Source: an uncultured Actinomycetota bacterium
GTDB lineage: Bacteria > Actinomycetota > Actinomycetes > Propionibacteriales > Nocardioidaceae
Length of the DNA stretch: 64,000 nt
Direction of reading: 5' to 3'
NCBI GenBank assembly: GCA_963786415.1
Contig: CAWAZC010000003.1
Coordinates: 535,720 to 599,719 of the forward strand
The notes beneath the pieces are model-generated. The model ran no database searches and had not been told where the DNA came from. It saw only the letters and a program-made list of their open reading frames with translations. Of the stretch, positions 56,383 through 64,000 are shown piece after piece (the first letter of the stretch is position 1; every line of letters starts with the position of its first letter). Both the position numbers and the translations under genes were made by a program.

Positions 56383-57361
56383 TGAACTGCAGCTCCCTCT
56401 TGTTGCCAAGAATGCCTTGCGGTCTGAAGATCACGATGAGCATGAGGATCACGCCCACGACGATGTAGGAGAACGACTCGGTCTCCGACGAGCTCATGAT
56501 GCTGTCGGGCACATAGGCGTTGGCGACTGACTTCACGAAGATGCGGCCGGTGTAGAAGATGACGGAGCCCAGGATCGGCCCGAACACCGTGGCCGCTCCG
56601 CCGATCAACAGCGCCGTGTAGCAGAAGAACGTCAACGAGCGGCTCATGGCGTCGGCCTGGACCGAGCCGGGCAGGACATAGATCATCCCGCCGAGCGCCC
56701 CCAGCAGGCCGCCGATGATCAGCGCTTGCATCTTGATGGCGAAGACGTTCTTGCCGAGGCTGCGGATCGCGTCCTCGTCCTCGCGGATCCCGCGCAGGAG
56801 ACGTCCCCAGGGACTGCGCGTCAGCAGGTAGACGACGAGGGCACAGATGGCGACGAGGGTCCAGGCGACAAACCGCACCCACCAGCCGTTGACCCCAGTG
56901 TTGGCGTAGTCCAGAAAACCGATGTCGGTCGACCCGTCACCAAAGAAGGACAGATCGGTGAAGGAGTCGCGGTAGGACGAGCCGGGAATGCCCTGGGCGG
57001 CGCCGGTGAAGTCGGTGAGGACCGACAATCGCCCCGTGAACCGGATGATTTCTGCGGCCGAGATCGTGACGATCGCCAGGTAGTCGCCCCGCAGCTTCAG
57101 GGTCGGGACCCCGAGGACCAGCGCGAACACCAGCGCCGCGCCGAACCCGATCAGGACTGCCACCGGCAGCGGCATTCCCCGCACGGTCGAGATGGCGAAG
57201 CCGTAGGCCCCGAGCAGCATGAAGCCGGCCTGGCCCATGTTGAGCAGCCCGGTGAAGCCGAAGTGCACATTGAGGCCGATGACCGCGATCGCCACCGCAG
57301 CGGTGGTGGGCGCGACCATCTCCCGGGCCATTGCCTGGAGGATGTTGATGAAGACGTCCAT
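56375..57361 (-). CDS. livM: Branched-chain amino acid ABC permease (LivM-like)
   Basis: GLNVHFGFTGLLNMGQAGF, LRGDYLAIVT, IREDEDA, RPQGILG. Confidence 0.88.
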   Translation of the reverse strand: MDVFINILQAMAREMVAPTTAAVAIAVIGLNVHFGFTGLLNMGQAGFMLLGAYGFAISTVRGMPLPVAVLIGFGAALVFALVLGVPTLKLRGDYLAIVTISAAEIIRFTGRLSVLTDFTGAAQGIPGSSYRDSFTDLSFFGDGSTDIGFLDYANTGVNGWWVRFVAWTLVAICALVVYLLTRSPWGRLLRGIREDEDAIRSLGKNVFAIKMQALIIGGLLGALGGMIYVLPGSVQADAMSRSLTFFCYTALLIGGAATVFGPILGSVIFYTGRIFVKSVANAYVPDSIMSSSETESFSYIVVGVILMLIVIFRPQGILGNKRELQFNA

Positions 57362-57373
57362 GTCAGTCCCTTC

Positions 57374-58717
57374 TCAGCCGACCCGCTCGGCGCGTCCGAG
57401 CAAGCCCTGGGGCCTGAACAGCAGCAGCAGGATGAGGATGGCCAGTGCCACGGCGTACTTCAGGTCGCCTGGCGCCCCGAGTGGTCCGGCCAGCTCGACC
57501 ACGAGGCCGATGATGAGGGCACCGACCAGGGCGCCGAACGCGGTGCCGAGTCCGCCGAGGGTCACCGCCGCGAAGAGCAGGAGCAGGATCTGCAGGCCGG
57601 TGTCCCACTTGATTCCGTTGCTGACCACCAGTGCGTAGAAGATGCCCGCCAGCCCGGCCAGGCCCATGGAGACGGTCCAGACCAGACGGATGATCCTGTC
57701 GACGTCGATGCCCGAGGCGGCGGCAAGAGCCGGGTTGTCGGAGACCGCCCGGGTGGCGCGCCCGATGCGGGTGCGGAGCAGGACATAGCCCACGACGCCG
57801 AGCATGAGGGTCGAGACTCCCATCGCGACGAACGACACGGTCGTCACCGGAATCGGTCCCAGCTGCACCGTGTCGAAGCTGGAGGTCACGATCGGCACCG
57901 TGCCCGCGCCGATGAAGTACTGGAAGGCGTACTGGGCGGCGAGCGACATTCCGATCGTCACGATCATCATCTGGGTGATGCCCAGGCCCCTGCGTCGCAG
58001 CGGCTGCCACATGCCCCGGTCCTGGATGTAACCGGTCGCCGCGCACAGGATGACGGCGATGATGCCGCCGACCCACAGGTTCAGCCCGGCCACGTTGACC
58101 AACGCGTAGGCGAGGATGCCGCCGAGACCGACCTGCTCGGCGTGCGCGAAGTTGGACAGGCCCGTCGTGCCGTAGATCAGGGACAGTCCGACCGACGCCA
58201 GCGCGAGGAGCAGCCCGAGCCGCAGTCCGTTGAACGCGCTCTGGATGAGGAGATCGCTCCTGCTGGTGGAGGCGTCGAACGCGCCGGTGCGGACCTCGAA
58301 GAGGGCGACGAAGGTCTTCTGCTTCACGTCCGGGCCGATGTTGACGTTGACTGTGCGCTCGGTCTTGCCACGGGCCGTGATGCCCTCGGGCAGCGACTCC
58401 TGGTCGATGGCCACCTGGTACTCGCCGGGCTCGGTCGCCTGGTAGTTCCACTGCCCGGAGTCGTTGGTGGTGACTGACGTCTCCTCGCCCGAGGGCGGGG
58501 TGATGACGATGTCGACGTCGGCGACGGTCTCCTCCTCCGACCGGAGCGTGCCAGCGATGCAGGCCACGGTGTCGGAGGGGACGCACAGCTGTGCGGGTTC
58601 GGCGGCCTGGGCAGGGGCGGAGAACAGCACCAGCACAAGTGGTGCCAACAGCGCCACCAGCAGACCGGCTGCTGGGTATGCCGCGAGACGTTCGCGGACG
58701 GTGGGTCGAGGGTTCAA
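57374..58717 (-). CDS. livH: Branched-chain amino acid ABC permease (LivH-like) with an N-terminal extracellular domain
   Basis: GLSLIYGTTGLSNFAH, RAVSDNPALAAASGI, LGGLG, RPQGLLG; AGGAGG SD before TTG. Confidence 0.85.
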   Translation of the reverse strand: MNPRPTVRERLAAYPAAGLLVALLAPLVLVLFSAPAQAAEPAQLCVPSDTVACIAGTLRSEEETVADVDIVITPPSGEETSVTTNDSGQWNYQATEPGEYQVAIDQESLPEGITARGKTERTVNVNIGPDVKQKTFVALFEVRTGAFDASTSRSDLLIQSAFNGLRLGLLLALASVGLSLIYGTTGLSNFAHAEQVGLGGILAYALVNVAGLNLWVGGIIAVILCAATGYIQDRGMWQPLRRRGLGITQMMIVTIGMSLAAQYAFQYFIGAGTVPIVTSSFDTVQLGPIPVTTVSFVAMGVSTLMLGVVGYVLLRTRIGRATRAVSDNPALAAASGIDVDRIIRLVWTVSMGLAGLAGIFYALVVSNGIKWDTGLQILLLLFAAVTLGGLGTAFGALVGALIIGLVVELAGPLGAPGDLKYAVALAILILLLLFRPQGLLGRAERVG

Positions 58718-58814
58718 CTCGGGTCCTCCTTGTGGCACCCCACTGGGTGCTGCGGGCAGTCTAGGGCTCCGGAGTGTGTTCCAGCCCACATGACCCGGCA
58801 TGGTTCTCGAACTG

Positions 58815-59432
58815 TCATGTGCCTGCTCCGCCCGGACCGTGCTCGACGACGCCGTCGGAGACTTGTCGCATCGAGAGCCGGAGGTCCATTGCCGTCTTCT
58901 GGATCCACCGGAACGCGTCGGGCTCGGAGATGCCGAGCTCCTTCTGGAGCACGCCCTTGGCCCGGTCGACCGCCTTACGTGTCTCCAGCCGATCGGTGAG
59001 ATCGGCGACCTCGTGCTCGAGGGCGTCGAGCTCGGCGAACCTGCTCACCGCCATCTCGATGGTCGGCACCAGGTCACTCTTGCTGAAGGGCTTGACCAGA
59101 TAGGCCATGGCGCCGGCGTCCCGCGCCCGCTCGACCAGCTCGCGCTGGGAGAAGGCGGTGAGGATCACCACCGGGGCGATCCGCTGCCCGGCGATCCGCT
59201 CGGCCGCCGCGATCCCGTCGAGCACCGGCATCTTCACGTCGACGATGACGAGGTCGGGACGGAGCTCCTCGGCCAGCTCGATGGCCCGTGCCCCGTCACC
59301 AGCCTGGCCGACGACGTCGTAGCCCTCCTCGCCGAGCATCTCGGCCAGATCCATCCGGATCAGCGTTTCGTCCTCGGCGATGACGACCCTGCGGCCAGGG
59401 CTGGGCCGAGAAGGGGTCGCGGGCTGGTTCAC
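58815..59432 (-). CDS. pdtaR: ANTAR-domain response regulator (PdtaR/Rv1626-like)
   Basis: IAEDETLIRMDL, DVKMP, RKAVDRAKGVL..AFRWIQKTAMD. Confidence 0.9.
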   Translation of the reverse strand: MNQPATPSRPSPGRRVVIAEDETLIRMDLAEMLGEEGYDVVGQAGDGARAIELAEELRPDLVIVDVKMPVLDGIAAAERIAGQRIAPVVILTAFSQRELVERARDAGAMAYLVKPFSKSDLVPTIEMAVSRFAELDALEHEVADLTDRLETRKAVDRAKGVLQKELGISEPDAFRWIQKTAMDLRLSMRQVSDGVVEHGPGGAGT

Positions 59433-59480
59433 GGCCGACAGGCTAGCGGCCGGGCGCCGCCACGGCCCCCCGGGTGTGGG

Positions 59481-59663
59481 TCAGGCGGGCTGGTCCGCCC
59501 ACCGTTTCGACGGTTGGGCGGCGCGCTCGGCGACGTACAGCTCGATCTCGACCCGCTCCACCCGGAGCCTGCTCAGCTCAGTCGCCGCGCCCCTCGCGTT
59601 CGCAACCGCCCCCTCATGGCTGAGCGATCCCATCAGCTGGGCGACTGCCCACGGCTTCCACAT
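59481..59663 (-). CDS. 60-aa hypothetical protein
   Basis: GGGAGG SD before the ATG; helical Ala/Arg/Glu-rich sequence. Confidence 0.55.
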   Translation of the reverse strand: MWKPWAVAQLMGSLSHEGAVANARGAATELSRLRVERVEIELYVAERAAQPSKRWADQPA

Positions 59664-59771
59664 GACGACCTCCCGGAACGGCTGACTCTAATAGACGATA
59701 TTCTACTCAATTACTAGTCTTTGGCCTGCCCGAATCGCCGGACAGCATCCGGTAGCGTTTGGCCCGCTCAG

Positions 59772-59844
59772 GCCCCGGTAGCCCAACGGCAGAGGCGATG
59801 CTCTCAAACAGCATTCAGTGTGAGTTCGAATCTCACCCGGGGCA
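59772..59844 (+). tRNA. tRNA-Leu(CAA), short variable loop, CCA not encoded
   Basis: Acceptor GCCCCGG/CCGGGGC, anticodon arm ATGCT-CTCAAAC-AGCAT, T arm GTGAG-TTCGAAT-CTCAC, discriminator A. Confidence 0.93.
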
Positions 59845-59850
59845 CCGTCA

Positions 59851-59889
59851 TCCGTGACGTTCGGGTTGCCGATCGGCGATCGTCACGGA
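59851..59889. terminator. Hairpin between the tRNA and the pyk 3' end
   Basis: TCCGTGACG..CGTCACGGA inverted repeat. Confidence 0.65.
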
Positions 59890-59899
59890 CGATGGAAGG

Positions 59900-61345
59900 T
59901 CAGCGGCGGCGATACGCCGGCGCCACCTCGTTGATCGCGTCACCCATCCGGTGGATGCGCAGGGCGTTGGTGGAGCCCGGGATGCCCGGCGGGCTGCCGG
60001 CGATGATGACGACCAGGTCGCCCTCCTGCACGCGCCCGCTCTCCAGGAGAGCCTCGTCGACCTGGCGCACCATCTCGTCGGTGTGCTCGACGGCAGCGGT
60101 CTTGAAGGTCTCGACCCCCCAGGTCAACGACAGCTGGGAGCGCACCCTCTCCTCCGGCGTGAAGGCCAGGATCGGCACCTTTCCCCGGTACCTGGCGAGG
60201 CGACGGGCGGAGTCGCCGGACTGGGTGAACGCGACGAGGAACTTCGCCTCGACCCGCTCCGCGACCTCCAGGGCAGCCTTGGTGATCACGCCGCCGCGGG
60301 TCCGCGGAGACCAGTCCAGGGCGGTCATGTGGGGCAGCCCGTGCCGCTCGGTGGCGCCCACGATGCGCTCCATCGTGGCCACGGTCTCGATGGGGTACTC
60401 CCCCACGCTCGTCTCGCCGGAGAGCATCACGGCGTCGGCGCCATCGAGAACGGCGTTGGCGACGTCGGACGCCTCGGCCCGGGTGGGAGCCGGGCTGGTG
60501 ATCATCGACTCGAGCATCTGGGTCGCGACGATGACCGGCTTGGCGTTGAGCCGCGCCTTGTTGATGACGTCCTTCTGCAGGAACGGCACCTCCTCGAGCG
60601 GGCACTCCACCCCGAGGTCACCGCGGGCGACCATGAACGCGTCGAAGGCGTGGATGATCTCGTCGAGGTTGTCGATCGCCTGCGGCTTCTCGATCTTCGC
60701 GATGACGGGGACGAGCACACCCTCCTCCCGCATCACCTGCCGGACCGGCTCGACGTCGTCGGCCGACCGCACGAACGACAGCGCCACGAAGTCGACCGAG
60801 AGGTGGAGCGCGAACCGCAGGTCCTCGACGTCCTTCTCGGAGAGCGCGGGGACGCTGACCGGAACGCCGGGCAGGTTGAGGCCCTTGTGGTCGCTGACAC
60901 GCCCCCCGGTCTTCACCTCGGTCACGACGTCCTGGCCGTCCACCTCGAGGACTTCGAGCCGGACCTTGCCGTCGTCGACGAGGATCGGGTCACCGGGGCC
61001 CACGTCCCCCGGGAGACCGTCGTACGTCGTCCCGCAGACGGACCGGTCCCCGGGCACGTCTCGTGTGGTGATCGTGAACCGGTCGCCGCTGCGCAGGGCC
61101 ACTGGCCCGTCGGCGAAGGTGTCCAGACGGATCTTGGGCCCCTGGAGGTCGGCGAGGATGCCCACGCCGTGACCGGTCGCGTCGGCCGCCTCCCGCACCA
61201 GGCGGTAGGAGCGTTCGTGGTCGGCGTGGGTCCCGTGGCTCATGTTGAGCCGGGCGACGTCCATGCCTGCCCCCACCAGCTCCCGGATCCGCTCGGGACT
61301 GGAGGTGGCTGGGCCGAGGGTGCAGACGATCTTGGCTCTGTGCAC
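59900..61345 (-). CDS. pyk: Pyruvate kinase
   Basis: AKIVCTLGPA, ARLNMSHG, DLQGPKIR, MVARGDLG, ATQMLESM, MLSGETS. Confidence 0.97.
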   Translation of the reverse strand: MHRAKIVCTLGPATSSPERIRELVGAGMDVARLNMSHGTHADHERSYRLVREAADATGHGVGILADLQGPKIRLDTFADGPVALRSGDRFTITTRDVPGDRSVCGTTYDGLPGDVGPGDPILVDDGKVRLEVLEVDGQDVVTEVKTGGRVSDHKGLNLPGVPVSVPALSEKDVEDLRFALHLSVDFVALSFVRSADDVEPVRQVMREEGVLVPVIAKIEKPQAIDNLDEIIHAFDAFMVARGDLGVECPLEEVPFLQKDVINKARLNAKPVIVATQMLESMITSPAPTRAEASDVANAVLDGADAVMLSGETSVGEYPIETVATMERIVGATERHGLPHMTALDWSPRTRGGVITKAALEVAERVEAKFLVAFTQSGDSARRLARYRGKVPILAFTPEERVRSQLSLTWGVETFKTAAVEHTDEMVRQVDEALLESGRVQEGDLVVIIAGSPPGIPGSTNALRIHRMGDAINEVAPAYRRR

Positions 61346-61364
61346 GCCGAAAGCCTAGCCGCCC

Positions 61365-61378
61365 TTAGATCGTTCCAA
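61365..61378. promoter_or_regulatory. LacI-type operator-like palindrome in the pyk promoter
   Basis: TTGGAACGATCTAA (minus strand) just upstream of the TAGGCT -10. Confidence 0.45.
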
Positions 61379-61401
61379 GCCGACCTGCCCGAAACTTGTG
61401 G

Positions 61402-62878
<1,477 letters not shown>

Positions 62879-62886
<8 letters not shown>

Positions 62887-64000
62887 GAAGAACCTCCATG
62901 ATCCGGTGAGCGGCCTCTTCCTCGTCGAGGCCCTCCTCGATCGCCTCCTCGCGAGCCTCGAGCACCCGCTTGTAGTCGCTCGGCATCACCTCGGTGAAGC
63001 GGGCCAGCGAGCTCTCCCAGTCGGCGAGCAGCGCCTCCGCGACCGTCGAGCCGGTCTCCTCGTGGTGGCGGGTGACGAGGTCCTTGAGCTCCTCGGCCGC
63101 CTCTCCCTCCACCGGGCTCAGGTCGACCAGCTCGGGGTTGACCCGCGCCTCGTCGATGTCGAGCACGAAGGCGTAGCCGCCGGACATGCCGGCCGCGAAG
63201 TTGCGTCCGGTCGGACCGAGGATCGCGACCTTGCCGCCGGTCATGTATTCACAGCCGTGGTCGCCCACCCCCTCCACGACCGCGGCCACACCGGAGTTGC
63301 GGACGCAGAACCGCTCGCCCACGACCCCGCGCAGGAAGATCTCGCCGCTCGTCGCGCCGTACCCGATCACGTTGCCGGCGATGATCTGCTCTTCCGCGGC
63401 GAACGTCGCCGACCGGTCGGGGCGGACGACGATCCGGCCACCGGAGAGCCCCTTGCCGAGGTAGTCGTTGGCGTCGCCCTCCAGGCGGAGGGTGATCCCC
63501 TTCGGGACGAAGGCACCGAAGGACTGTCCGGCGGAGCCGGTGAAGGTCAGGTCGATGGTGCCGTCGGGCAGTCCCTCGCCGCGGTACCGCTTGGTGACCT
63601 CGTGGCCGAGGATGGTGCCGACGGTCCGGTTGACGTTGCGGATCTCGAGCTGGGCGCGCACCGGCTCCCCGCTCTCCAGGGCAGGAGCGGCCAGCTTCAC
63701 CAGCTCGTTGTCCAGCGCCTTGTCGAGACCGTGGTCCTGACCCGTGGTCTGGTGCAGGGCCGCCCCCTCGGGAAGTTCGGGCAGGTGCAGGATCGGCGAC
63801 AGGTCGAGTCCGGCCGCCTTCCAGTGATCGACCGCCCGTTCGATGTCGAGCGCGTCGACCCGGCCGACGGCCTCGTCGAGGCTGCGGAAGCCGAGCTCCG
63901 CGAGCAGCTCGCGCACCTCCTGCGCGACGTACTCGAAGAACGTGACGACGTGGTCGGCCTGACCGGTGTAGCGCTCCCGGAGGACGGGGTTCTGGGTCGC
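62879..64000 (-). CDS. gltB: Glutamate synthase large subunit, 3' part (start outside the window)
   Basis: [51 protein letters not shown]. Confidence 0.96.

Noticed and set aside
58733-58751. Hairpin beside the livH SD as an ANTAR target
   Set aside because: Only one stem is visible; ANTAR substrates need tandem hairpins.
59772-59900. tRNA as an integration site for an island
   Set aside because: No integrase, and I found no duplicated tRNA 3' end; flanks are core genes.

Overview
High-GC actinobacterial chromosome segment. Gene content, synteny and repeat motifs point to a Nocardioides-like organism (inference). It is mostly core genome: tdk, a Pat-type GNAT/acyl-CoA ligase fusion, topoisomerase IV (parC/parE, convergent), an lprG-P55-like lipoprotein/MFS pair, the principal sigma factor (hrdB/sigA), dinB, pxpABC, oligopeptidase B, a group-2 sigma factor (hrdD/sigB-like), nagZ, coaE, rpsA, polA, a branched-chain amino-acid ABC system, an ANTAR response regulator, tRNA-Leu(CAA), pyk and gltDB. 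Accessory parts are a CHASE3 kinase/response regulator/PP2C cluster with an orphan Tat-exported binding protein, two gene remnants and several small ORFs absent from the ORF track. The most striking unexplained feature is a ~190-nt highly structured minus-strand ncRNA candidate (about 32450-32645) between pxpA and pxpB. It has nested helices, two GNRA tetraloops, strand-specific G-U pairs, a candidate promoter, a 16-bp terminator and upstream TCCACAG boxes phased at 21 bp. Other notable signals are a probable ATC start codon for parE, a three-input stress promoter for the hrdD-like gene, and palindromic elements inside coding sequences. All product calls come from motif recognition by eye; no database searches were run.
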